DNA of 64,000 bases from a virus (lineage: Duplodnaviria; Caudoviricetes), in IMG/VR virus record IMGVR_UViG_3300035698_001480, positions 535 through 64,534 of that record. One strand, given 5' to 3'. This document shows positions 28,220-38,900 of the stretch, one piece after another. How positions within the stretch are numbered: position 1 is the first letter of the stretch; the number at the start of each line of letters is the position of its first letter. The notes beneath the pieces were generated by a model. It saw only the letters and a program-made list of their open reading frames with translations. It did no database searches and had not been told where the DNA came from. The position numbers and the translations under genes were made by a program.

Positions 28220-28453
28220 ATGAATTGGAAAGATAAAGCTGAAGAAATAGCACTAGCTAAAATAGGTGAAGATAACATTGGACCTAATGACTTGTATATA
28301 ACAGTAGAAGTTATGTTAGAATTCGCTACACTTGCCTGTGAAGAACAGAAGAAGATTTGTGCTGAGAATGCTACGTGGCACTATGTTTCAAAAGGTAATA
28401 AAGTAACTATAGAGGAGAATATCCTAAACGCTAAAACAGTTAAATTCGATTAA
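28220..28453 (+). CDS. hypothetical protein
   Basis: 77 aa; CEEQKKICAENA...ILNA pattern. Confidence 0.65.
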   Translation: MNWKDKAEEIALAKIGEDNIGPNDLYITVEVMLEFATLACEEQKKICAENATWHYVSKGNKVTIEENILNAKTVKFD

Positions 28454-28541
28454 TTATGAAATATAGATTAGAGGTAGTTGAAGAATCTAGAGATTTTAGT
28501 GAAGAAGAGGTATTAGAAATGTGGGATGATTACATTGATAA

Positions 28542-28718
28542 ATGGATGATGATTTAAAATATTTAAAGGATATTAATGAGTTAGCACATACTTTTTTAAA
28601 CATAATGAATTGTCCTCATTGTGACAGACCAAGAAGAGAAGGCTATCTTTGTCATTTTTGTGGTAAAGATCCTTCACATAAAGTTGAATTAACACTAAAA
28701 ACAAAAGAAAATGAGTAG
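28542..28718 (+). CDS. small zinc-ribbon protein (58 aa)
   Basis: CPHC...CHFCG; overlaps next start. Confidence 0.55.
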   Translation: MDDDLKYLKDINELAHTFLNIMNCPHCDRPRREGYLCHFCGKDPSHKVELTLKTKENE

Positions 28719-28917
28719 AAGTACAAAGAAAAACAATTTAGAACAAGTTAATCCAGATAAAAAAGGTTATTGGAAAGCAATTAGAAGAGTTGGAAAACAA
28801 TTTATATCTAAGTTTAGAAATAATACTGATGATATGGAGATACCTGCGGATAAATCAATCAGAAATGATAAAGATTACCGTAAAACAACTATTAATCTGG
28901 ATGATAACAGAAAGTAA
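28711..28917 (+). CDS. small basic hypothetical protein
   Basis: 68 aa, MSRS start. Confidence 0.6.
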   Translation: MSRSTKKNNLEQVNPDKKGYWKAIRRVGKQFISKFRNNTDDMEIPADKSIRNDKDYRKTTINLDDNRK

Positions 28918-28952
28918 TAATTAGCCCTTAATTGGGCTTTTAAACTGAAATT

Positions 28953-29960
28953 ATGAAATTTAAACCATATCACAAAATAAGACAATATAAAGATATTGTA
29001 AGAGATATTTCAATGACTTCTAATTATAAAGGTAAAGATGAAAATGATGAACCTATATATGAAGAATCTAAAAAACCAATTTTAACATTCACAGGAACTG
29101 TTAAACTACATGGTATTAATGCAGGGGTTTGTTATAATAATATAGAGGGAGTATTTGCGCAGAAAAGAAGTTCTTTATTAGGAACAGGTAAATTAGATTC
29201 TCACATGGGATTTAATAGTTTTGTACAAGGACGTAACAAAGATTATTTTAATAATCTAATGCACGATTTGTATACTAAACATTGTACGCAAGACGAACAA
29301 ATTACTTTGTATGGAGAGTGGGCAGGTAAAGGTATTCAAAAAGGTGTAGCTATATCTGAATTAGATAAGTCTTTTTATATCTTTGATTGTAAAATATATA
29401 ACTTAGAAACAGAAGAATATAGATGGGTAGATATTACTATTCCACCAGAATCGAATGTCTATTATATTAGTGACTTCCAAACATTTGAAATAGAAATAGA
29501 CTTTAATAATCCTAGAGCAATTCAAAATAAGTTAATTGAACTTACTACAGAAGTAGAAAGAGAATGTCCTGTATCTAAACAATTAGGTATTTCTGGGGTA
29601 GGTGAAGGTATAGTATGGAAAACTGAATGGCGGGGAGAAAGATATATCTTTAAAGTTAAAGGTGAGAAACATTCTTCATCTAAAGTTAAAAATCTAGCTG
29701 CTGTAAATCCAGAATTACTTAAAACTAGAAATGACTTTGTAGAATACGCTTGTACAGAGAATAGAATTAAGCAAGGTATTCAAGAAACAAATGCTACAGA
29801 AAAGCAACATATACCTGATTTACTACGTTGGGTAGCTAATGATATTATTACAGAAGAGGATGATACTATGGTTGCTAATGAGCTAGAATGGAAAGATGTA
29901 GCTAAAGATATTTCATTTAGAGTTAGAACTTATTTCTTTAGTATAATTAATAAAATATAA
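28953..29960 (+). CDS. rnl2: RNA ligase, Rnl2 family
   Basis: TVKLHGIN (motif I), QKR, YGEWAG.GIQK, FYIFD, GEGIV, FKVK. Confidence 0.92.
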   Translation: MKFKPYHKIRQYKDIVRDISMTSNYKGKDENDEPIYEESKKPILTFTGTVKLHGINAGVCYNNIEGVFAQKRSSLLGTGKLDSHMGFNSFVQGRNKDYFNNLMHDLYTKHCTQDEQITLYGEWAGKGIQKGVAISELDKSFYIFDCKIYNLETEEYRWVDITIPPESNVYYISDFQTFEIEIDFNNPRAIQNKLIELTTEVERECPVSKQLGISGVGEGIVWKTEWRGERYIFKVKGEKHSSSKVKNLAAVNPELLKTRNDFVEYACTENRIKQGIQETNATEKQHIPDLLRWVANDIITEEDDTMVANELEWKDVAKDISFRVRTYFFSIINKI

Positions 29961-30209
29961 CACCCGGCAAATAAAAAGAAAGTTTTTCCATATAGCCAAA
30001 AGACAGAACATATATCTGAAACTGTTTGTATAACTAGTGGAAGAAAAAGTAAAATATACAGAAGTATAAAAGCTTCAGGACTTAGACATTTATCTAATTT
30101 GACAGAAGAACAGATACTTCAAGTAGAAGTAGCCATATTACAACTATCTATTATAATACTTACAATAGGAATATTATTTGGGAGTCTTATCACGTTGATA
30201 GTAACATAA
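29961..30209 (+). other. ATG-less open frame in phase with Rnl2, ending in a transmembrane segment; possible TTG start at 30099
   Basis: 82 open codons directly after the Rnl2 TAA; C-term ILQLSIIILTIGILFGSLITLIVT*. Confidence 0.35.
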
Positions 30210-30210
30210 C

Positions 30211-30251
30211 AAAAATGCTCGAACCTTAATTGGATTCGAGCATTTTTTTTT
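30211..30251. terminator. bidirectional terminator between convergent gene blocks
   Basis: AAAAATGCTCGAA-CC-TTAATT-GG-A-TTCGAGCATTTTT; A-run on left, T-run on right. Confidence 0.9.
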
Positions 30252-33200
30252 ATTTATAAATATTATCAGAAGCAGTTGCTATCTGTTTGAATATTTTAAT
30301 AGGGGGTAGTCCATCTAGTTTAAAACTAGTAACATCTTGTACAACACCTAACAACGGTAAAGGTCTTTTTAAGATCTTATATGTATCCATAGGATTAAAA
30401 AAGAATGAAAGTTCTAAAGCTCCCCTATTTAACATTTTATAGTAAGTAGAGTTCCTTATTTTTTTATTCTCATCATCATCATCCCCCATAGAACCTAAAG
30501 CTAGAATAGTCATTAAGAAGAAAAACATTAGCTGTAACTCTTTTCCAAAAGCATTTACTTGAGCTTGTTTATTCTCTTTAAATCTCTTTAATGCTTCATC
30601 ATAAGTCATATTAGAAAATCTATCTTTATTCTCTGCATAAAAGGCTTTAAATTGTATTTCAGCCATAGAATCGTCTATTTTTTTTAGACCTCTAACTCCA
30701 GGAAATACTTTACCTATATACCCAAGTACTGGAATATGGGCAGCTATAAACCCAAAGCTTTTAATAGATTTACCTAAGAAACTTTCATTTCCTGAGAACA
30801 TGTGATTAAACCCAGCAAGAAATCTTCCTTGGTCAAAATCTTTAAAGTCTTCATCATATCTTAATCTACCAAACCTAGCTTTAACTAATCCAGGCATCCA
30901 ATTTTTAAATTGCATTAATACCTTTATTACTAAGTTAGTTTGAGCTAATCTTAGTGTTTCAGGTGTAGCAGATCCTAAAATATTATCAATTTCTTTAGCT
31001 GCCATCCTTTTAAACCTAGCAATTTCTAAATCAGAAACATCAAAATTTACTTTCTTATTTTTAAAACTCCATATATCTAATAAAGGTGTACTACCATTAG
31101 GTGATCTATCTAATCTTTCTATTTTACCATCTACAAGAGTATAACTATTTAACATACTTGTTAATATAATTCTCCTCATAGCCATATCAGGATATTTTAA
31201 CAACGCAAACCAATTATCTACAGCTAATATTTTATCAGCTTTATTGCTAGATAACTTTTTAGCCATATCGTGTACTCCTTCACCAATACCAAAGTAATCA
31301 GCTAATATACCAGAAGATTTAAAGTTATCCTTTAACCATGTAAAAGACTTTTTATAGTTTAAGTTATATTTCTTAGATGCGCCTTCTATATGAATATTAG
31401 AAACAGCTCCAATGATATTACCAGCAGCAGATAAATAGTTAAGCCCAATCCTACTCCAAGACATATAAAACATTAAATTCTTAACTATCTTATTAGTACT
31501 TAATCCAACAATCTCTAAATCTTTACCTTGTAATCTCTGACCATACCATATATAATTAATATACTTCTCTAAAGCATCCTGTTCTGAAGTAGGCATGCCT
31601 AAAGCAGTTACTAACTTACCCATCTTATCTTTAAGAGGTGTACCAGTAGCGGTAGTTTGTATAGTTTTATTTTGGTAAGCATCTTTACTTACTGCTATAA
31701 GGTTCTTTACATAGAACTCATAATCCTTTAAATAAGAATGAGTATATACTGTTTCAGCAAATAGCATAAAACTTTTACCTAAATCCTTAGATCTTAGTAA
31801 TTCTCCTCTTTCTTTTTTTAATTGAAATACACGAGTATCCACTTCAGATTGAATTAGATCTTCAGAAGCTTCTTTAAACTCTTCTTCAGCTAATACAGCA
31901 TTTTTTATGTTTTCTATCTCTTTATCAGATACTTTTCCAATTAAAGCAGAAGTATATAATAAAGGTATGTCAGGCATTTGTTTCCCGCTAGAATCAACTA
32001 CTCCTCTAAGAACATCATGTTGTCTAGTCATTAAACTATTCTTAATATTACCTGCGAAAACTTTCATAGAATCTAACCCTTTCAACCCATTCCTAGATAG
32101 AGTTTCCACCATAGACTGCTGCACATTAGGTATAAAGTTATTATTAACCTTTTCAGAAGTCATAGAAGAAGCTTTTTTATTAAAAGCTACTAGAAATTCA
32201 TATAGATCTTTAGTAGGTTTAGGTAATACTCTATAATCATAAGAAACTGTATCGTCTGTTTCTTTTATATTAATATAAGGATTGTTATAGTTATCTAATT
32301 GATTACTAAACTTCCATTTATCTATAAAAGCCTTTAATGCTTCATTTATAGTAACCTCCCTGTTAGGGTGATTTGGTGGATATTTACCATTTAACCATTC
32401 TTCATAACCAGCTAATCTACTTTTTAATTCTATATGTGCTTCATTACTATAAGTGATACCATCTTTTGTTACTTGTAAATCAGTATTCTTAGCTAACCAC
32501 TTCTTGTTTTTAGTTTTCAAAGCCTTAGCAAGATCTTCAGATTTAATACCTTTCTTAAACTTGGAAGTTTTAAATACTTTTATAATATCATCATAAGCTT
32601 TAGATAAAGATGTCCCTGATTTAGTAACAGTATCTAATTTCTCAGTTAATTCAGCATTAAAAGTAATTAAAGATTCTTGTATTTTATGATTTACTAAAGA
32701 GCTAACTTCATCTAACTTAGCAATAACGGATCTATCCCAATCCCCCTTAGCTCTAAAACTTTGAGCTAATATCCCGGTTTCCTGTGTAGTGTTTACAATA
32801 TCTCCACCTTTAGTAAATCTATTAGTAGATTCTTTAAGTTTCTCTTTAACTTCAGCTTTTAATGCAGAAATGGCTAATGTTAAGTTTCCTAATAAATTAG
32901 CAGTATCTGTATTAGATTCTTCTTTAGTTAATGTAGCACCATAAAATTCAGTAAAATCTCCAAACACTTTAAGTATATCAACCGCTTCATTTAAAGTTTC
33001 ATCTGTAAGAGCGTTCGGATTTATGGTAGTAGAATTTATCTTTTGAGGTTCAACAAATTTCTTTTCTAAATCGTCCTTAATGTAATTCAATAGCTCTGCT
33101 ATTTTATTAATATCTCTATCAACTACTATATTATTAATAATATTATTTATTTTAAATAATTTTACTTCTAACCTACTTACATTTGCTTTATTAAAATTAG

Positions 33201-35961
33201 CTCTTTCATTTAGGACTCTTTCCTCCAAAGCATTTTTTTCTTTATATAATTTGTCTAAAGAATTATCTAATGCATCACCTCTCTTCTCATCTGCTACAGA
33301 AATATCACCAAAAGGAACCATTTTATCTCCTACTTTTCTACCATAGTATAGGTTATTAACCTGACTTTTAGATTTATTAAGAGTATAACTCATCGGAATA
33401 ATTCTTAATTCAGCAAACTGGTCAACACCATATTCTCTAGCTAATATAGCTTTATATTCACCAACCTGTATGTCATAACTCCTAGACGTAATTGTATTTA
33501 TTTCATCTTTAAAATTCTGCTTAAACTTCCAATCCCATATACCAACCATACCATTAGAGTAAACAATAATGTTATCCATTGTTCCTGGTCTGTCATTAGC
33601 CTTATCTAAAATAGGAACCTCTGTAAATAGATCAAACTTATTATCACTATTAGTCTGTTCATTGACTCTTATTTGTGTTTTAATAGCAGATTGATATTGT
33701 ATCCAGGCTCTTTGAAATACGGCAGATAAATTGTCTGGTTTTTTAATAAAGGAGTAAAAAGAGTCATTTTGAGGCATTTCAGGATCTTGTTTAGATTCTT
33801 CAATTACTTCTTTAATTAGTTGAGAATTACTTCCCCCAACTAAAGTTTTTAGTTTAGACTCTAAACTCTTTAAAGATACTTCTTCTGAAATATCTTTATA
33901 CTCTTGATTATTCATAAAATCATGTATAATCTTTAAGTACTTCTCAGCTACTAAGTGACCTACTGAACCAGCTTGAGAATAAATAGGGTTTATAGGATCC
34001 TTTTTCTTTTTACTGTTATATATCTTACTAGTAAACATAGTTACTAAATCAGTTACAGATTTCTTAGATTTTACCCATTCTCCCAATTTTTTAATTAAAT
34101 AACCATGACCTTCTGTTGACTTCTTAATATCCCCTAAGCCATTAATATCTCTTTCTATCTTAGATATAATATCTTTTCTTGTAGTAACCTGTTCCTCAGA
34201 TAATGAATACAGTATTGGAGTATAAGAGAACTCCTCAGCAGTTTTATTTTTTTTTAGACCTCTATTACTACCTTCCATAATTTGAGAAGCTACTTGTCTA
34301 TAAGGATTACTTAAATTATCAATAAACTGACTAGATTTACCAGTAAACTTAGTTCTTAGGTACTCTAATAATTTCTTAAATAAGTTCTTAAATACTTTTA
34401 CAAAAGAAGGAGTTTCAGCAGTTTCCTGTGATACTTCCATAATCTCTTGAGCTATTAATTTACCTATAGCTTCAAGCTTGAATTGCTCTATAGTATCATA
34501 CTTTCCTTGGTAAGTAGTTAATACTTGTTTTAACATTTCAGACTCGCTAACCTTATGCATTAATTGCTTATAGATCTTAGACTCTTTAGGTAGTAACATA
34601 GTGAATATGTGAGCCACTTCTTCTGCTACATCTCTAATATCATATTTACCTTCAACTACAGATACAGTTTTTGATATTAAATCTGCTTTAGCTACAGCAT
34701 TATCTAAAGATAAATAATTGTTCAGTGTAGCTATTATTTCGTAACTTACTCCTAGCGATTTTAAATAATTAATTAATTTAGATTCTAGTTCCCTATCTTT
34801 ATTGCTTAATCTAGATGGGTTTTTATTAACACCAACAAAATTTCTAAACGCCTGCTCTTCCTCAGCCCCACCTAATAATAATATTTGGTCCTCATCAAAA
34901 GGAATAACGTGCTTCTCCCCCTTATCATGTGCCCATCTAGTATTTCCTGCTCTAGTAGTATGTATTACAGAATCCTTACCAAACTTATCTTTTAAAGCTT
35001 TAGAATATGCCACATCAGAATCAGTTACTTCTTTAGGTAATGTTTTGTATGATAACGCATCTTTATACACATACCCTAATTTTTCAGCCTCAGCTTTTAG
35101 CTTACGTAAGCTCTTAATTTTTTTATTAAATGAGGAATTAGTCTTTTGTAATAATTCTATTACTTTATTTCGTACCTCCATACCATTAAATGCTGGTTCA
35201 AATTGAGTAAAGGTAAGCCCTACAGCATCATAAAGCCTTTTTACATAAGAATCGTTAGACTCATTGTTTAATCTTTGTATTTTATCATACTTACGGTTAA
35301 CGTGATATTTTCCACCGAAAGTATCCATATCAAAAAAAGCAATCAATGTTTGTAATTCTGGTGTTAGCTTATCTAAATTTTCATAAATAAAATCATAAGT
35401 TTCATCTTCTATTTTATGTATTTCATTTACAAAAGCTTTCTCCTTCTCCTTAACTATACTACCTACCTTATAATCTCTATTCTCATTTGATCTTATAGGA
35501 TTTTCTATATTTAGAATAGCTGGATATACTACTATATCTCCCTCACCTTTACTTCTTGTAGCATAATTATTCGCTGAATTTTTATTCTCTGTAAAATAAA
35601 AACCTGCACCATGCACCATAGCTCCTTCACCTGATAAAAAATAATCTTTAGAAAGCTTGGTATTGTATTCATCTCTCTTAGTACCATGATAAAATATTCC
35701 CTTTTCAGCACTTTTAGGGAAATAAGAATCTAAAAAATCTTTATATTCTGATATACTTCCTATACCATGTAAAGACTTATTACTATTGTATAAACTATTA
35801 GCATCGGATAAGTGAGATATATCCAATAATAACTTACCTTCCTCAACAGTAGGGAATTCTTCTCCATTTCTTTTCCAAGCAAGATAGGCAGGGATATCCC
35901 CACCTAACTCTTGCTTTAATAATTTATATTGTTCTGAACTTTTATTTGGACATTTACTCAT
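30250..35961 (-). CDS. large virion cargo (ejection) protein with ART-like, metallopeptidase-like and PD-(D/E)xK nuclease-like domains
   Basis: 1903 aa; FYHGT...GAGFYFT...A.NYA...YPAILNIENP; AEEVAHIF...EAIGKLIA; GTMDNII...IWDWK...Q..EY; hydrophobic C-terminal region. Confidence 0.8.
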   Translation of the reverse strand: MSKCPNKSSEQYKLLKQELGGDIPAYLAWKRNGEEFPTVEEGKLLLDISHLSDANSLYNSNKSLHGIGSISEYKDFLDSYFPKSAEKGIFYHGTKRDEYNTKLSKDYFLSGEGAMVHGAGFYFTENKNSANNYATRSKGEGDIVVYPAILNIENPIRSNENRDYKVGSIVKEKEKAFVNEIHKIEDETYDFIYENLDKLTPELQTLIAFFDMDTFGGKYHVNRKYDKIQRLNNESNDSYVKRLYDAVGLTFTQFEPAFNGMEVRNKVIELLQKTNSSFNKKIKSLRKLKAEAEKLGYVYKDALSYKTLPKEVTDSDVAYSKALKDKFGKDSVIHTTRAGNTRWAHDKGEKHVIPFDEDQILLLGGAEEEQAFRNFVGVNKNPSRLSNKDRELESKLINYLKSLGVSYEIIATLNNYLSLDNAVAKADLISKTVSVVEGKYDIRDVAEEVAHIFTMLLPKESKIYKQLMHKVSESEMLKQVLTTYQGKYDTIEQFKLEAIGKLIAQEIMEVSQETAETPSFVKVFKNLFKKLLEYLRTKFTGKSSQFIDNLSNPYRQVASQIMEGSNRGLKKNKTAEEFSYTPILYSLSEEQVTTRKDIISKIERDINGLGDIKKSTEGHGYLIKKLGEWVKSKKSVTDLVTMFTSKIYNSKKKKDPINPIYSQAGSVGHLVAEKYLKIIHDFMNNQEYKDISEEVSLKSLESKLKTLVGGSNSQLIKEVIEESKQDPEMPQNDSFYSFIKKPDNLSAVFQRAWIQYQSAIKTQIRVNEQTNSDNKFDLFTEVPILDKANDRPGTMDNIIVYSNGMVGIWDWKFKQNFKDEINTITSRSYDIQVGEYKAILAREYGVDQFAELRIIPMSYTLNKSKSQVNNLYYGRKVGDKMVPFGDISVADEKRGDALDNSLDKLYKEKNALEERVLNERANFNKANVSRLEVKLFKINNIINNIVVDRDINKIAELLNYIKDDLEKKFVEPQKINSTTINPNALTDETLNEAVDILKVFGDFTEFYGATLTKEESNTDTANLLGNLTLAISALKAEVKEKLKESTNRFTKGGDIVNTTQETGILAQSFRAKGDWDRSVIAKLDEVSSLVNHKIQESLITFNAELTEKLDTVTKSGTSLSKAYDDIIKVFKTSKFKKGIKSEDLAKALKTKNKKWLAKNTDLQVTKDGITYSNEAHIELKSRLAGYEEWLNGKYPPNHPNREVTINEALKAFIDKWKFSNQLDNYNNPYINIKETDDTVSYDYRVLPKPTKDLYEFLVAFNKKASSMTSEKVNNNFIPNVQQSMVETLSRNGLKGLDSMKVFAGNIKNSLMTRQHDVLRGVVDSSGKQMPDIPLLYTSALIGKVSDKEIENIKNAVLAEEEFKEASEDLIQSEVDTRVFQLKKERGELLRSKDLGKSFMLFAETVYTHSYLKDYEFYVKNLIAVSKDAYQNKTIQTTATGTPLKDKMGKLVTALGMPTSEQDALEKYINYIWYGQRLQGKDLEIVGLSTNKIVKNLMFYMSWSRIGLNYLSAAGNIIGAVSNIHIEGASKKYNLNYKKSFTWLKDNFKSSGILADYFGIGEGVHDMAKKLSSNKADKILAVDNWFALLKYPDMAMRRIILTSMLNSYTLVDGKIERLDRSPNGSTPLLDIWSFKNKKVNFDVSDLEIARFKRMAAKEIDNILGSATPETLRLAQTNLVIKVLMQFKNWMPGLVKARFGRLRYDEDFKDFDQGRFLAGFNHMFSGNESFLGKSIKSFGFIAAHIPVLGYIGKVFPGVRGLKKIDDSMAEIQFKAFYAENKDRFSNMTYDEALKRFKENKQAQVNAFGKELQLMFFFLMTILALGSMGDDDDENKKIRNSTYYKMLNRGALELSFFFNPMDTYKILKRPLPLLGVVQDVTSFKLDGLPPIKIFKQIATASDNIYK

Positions 35962-35962
35962 T

Positions 35963-38900
35963 TTATTTACAGTTTAGTGTTCCTATATATTCTTCTATAT
36001 TCATCTCTGTTTCTACAGAATCATTAGCTAGTTTATAATCACTAGCAATCTTTTTGTAAGATACAACTTTTACATTATCTTCCAAAAGACCTTCATTATC
36101 CATTCTATCCATAACCCCTTTAACTTCATTCTCTAAAGCACTATCCGTAGTCTCTGTAAATTCAAAAGATGTAGCTTGGGTATACTTATTGTTATTAGTA
36201 AACTTAGAGTTATAAGCTAGTAGTTCACTACTATACATAGTCTGAGATAAGTTATTATGATAATCATTATATTCTTTACCATTGAATAATTTACCAGCAT
36301 TTGCTGAATATAACATAGGAACAATTTCAGCTTCTACAGTCTTACCTTTTCTAATCATTTTACCTGATTTCTCCCAAACTATATAAGCAGGAGTTATTAA
36401 ATAATCCCCTTCTTCGGTAGCTGTTAATGATTTAGAAGCATAAGCTTTAGATTTAGATTTTACTTTAGCTACTAAATGTTTATTATTATAAGCATTTAAT
36501 CTAAACAAGTTCCATACTGTATCTAAAGCATTCTGTTGTTCAGCAGACTCTTCTAAATTAATTCTATTAGTAACAGTTCTCATAAATTCTGAGAATAACT
36601 CATTAGGAACTATAGAAGTAAAGTTTAAAGGACTTGGTGCAAATCCTGATTGAGCTATAGAGAAATACATCAAGTCTAATGCAAACTCTTTATTATAAGT
36701 ATGAATATCTCTCCAATCAGCAGTTAGTTGATTAATTCTTCTAATATCTTTATTTTTACTATCTGCTAACTTCATATTATCAATATTGTCAGGTCTGATA
36801 ATAACTACAAAACTATTTATTAAACTGTTTTGACCAGAACCTGCAAATTGTTTGTGCACCGCTTTATCAAAATCTGAACCTATATCCTCATTAACTCTCT
36901 TTATAGCTTTTTGAATAATCTCAATCTTTTTAGGAACTGATATATTCTTATTGCTTACTAAATCATTTAATGTTTCATAAGCAGGTTTTACTTTAACAAC
37001 TCCTAATAGTTTTGAAGCTCTATCAGATAATATTATTCTATCAATAGTCTTTCCATCAGCATCTACCTTCTTAACTAATGTAGTCATTGCATAATAAGTA
37101 AGTAATTCATTCTTAAACTTATCCACTATTTTAGTAATTTCTCTAGCAGGAGCTGATACTAAAGTATCATTATAAGCATTTATAAATTCTACAATGTAAG
37201 CTTGTATAGTTGGATTACTATTAACTAAAGAAAACCCAGAAAACATTTTCATTATTTCTTTTCTAGTTCTTCTAAAAGGTGTTGTAAAACCATTAGTATT
37301 AGAGTAGTCTTCTACTATTTCATTACCTGTACTTACGTTAAGTGTTGTACTGTCCTTAGTACCTCCTAGTTCCTGTTGTGCTAATTTAAGTCCATTTAAA
37401 AATGCCTTGTCTATTAAATCATTAGTATTGTGGGTAAAATCAGAATATTGTTGTAATACTTTACTAGCTTCAGAATTAGAATTTTGTTTAAAACTTTCAA
37501 CAACTAACTTTCTCATTAAACCTAAGCTATCGGCAGCTATTAATTGAGCGACAGTACCCTTACCTCTTATTTTCTTACCATACCCACCTGTATTTTTATA
37601 CTTTTTATGGGTTGATTCATCAAAACTACCCGATTTATTTACTTGGTAAGCATGCTCTACACTTCCATATACAACATTGTCCCAAATAAATTGTCTAGGG
37701 GCTAGATTAGATAATATTCTTTCTGGAGAAGTTTCTGATTTACTAAAGTTTTGTCCACCCCAATAAACATTTAAAGTACCCTCTGATGTTTTTGATATAG
37801 TAGAATTCTTACCAAGTACAGATATTCTACTATTATTACCAGTGTGATAAATAGTAAATTCAGCTCCTATTTTTTGTAGGTAATCTATAAATTGACTATC
37901 TACCCCAGGCATATCTCCAACTATAAACGAACTTCCTAAACTAAAGTTTAAGTCTATTTCTTCTTTAGTTTTTTCAGTTAAAGGTTTCCCATTAAACTTA
38001 CTATTTCTTGCCAGCATTGTAATATCTGACGTATAATCTCCAGAATCTTCGTAATTTTTAGACTTGAGAGTTAATACTGAACCGGTAACCCCCGTATAAT
38101 CTTTTAATGATTCTTCTTCTTTAGCACTTATACTTTTTAAAGAAGTTCCAGAAGAGCTATTATTAAACCTATTGCTATCTACTTCACCAATAAAAGAATC
38201 AGCTACTTTTCTCATAGCTTTGTCTTTACCATCTCCTTGAGGAGTTCCTTTCCCACTGTTTTCAAAACCTCCTTTGTATCCTTTAAAGTTATTATTGTTA
38301 GTTGTAGTGTTTCCATTACTATTTAACTTTAATCCAACCAATTCTCCGTAGTTACCGAACACATCATCCACCAATACTTTATCTGTAAGTAAGGTATTAA
38401 ATAAAGCTTCATTATTATTCTTAGGTGCTTTAGTATCATATTTAATACTATTAATCATCTGAGTATAATACTTCTGTAAACTTACATATCTAAGATAATC
38501 ATTAAAAATCTTTACTTGCAAATTCTTTTCTTTATTATCAGTTAATTCGATACCATTCATTCCTTTGTATTGAGTTAATAATAACTCTTTTCTATTATCT
38601 TCAAAATCCTTAGAACTATTGAATTTAGCTTCCTTACTACCATATTTAGCATATATCTTATCAATATTTTGGCTTTTAAAAGTCATATTATCATTAGCCA
38701 TTTGTATACTACTTTCATTAACTTCCTGTAGTCTGTTGTAGTCTTTAATAATAGGCTGATTAAAGAATAATACTAAATCTTTCTGACTAACACCGAAGTT
38801 GGTCAGCATTATCATAACTGCGAAGTTTTTAAGCCCCCAATTCAAATCTCCTAGAATAGGGTCTTTGGCATTATCCACAGTAGCTGTAAGAGCATCATTC

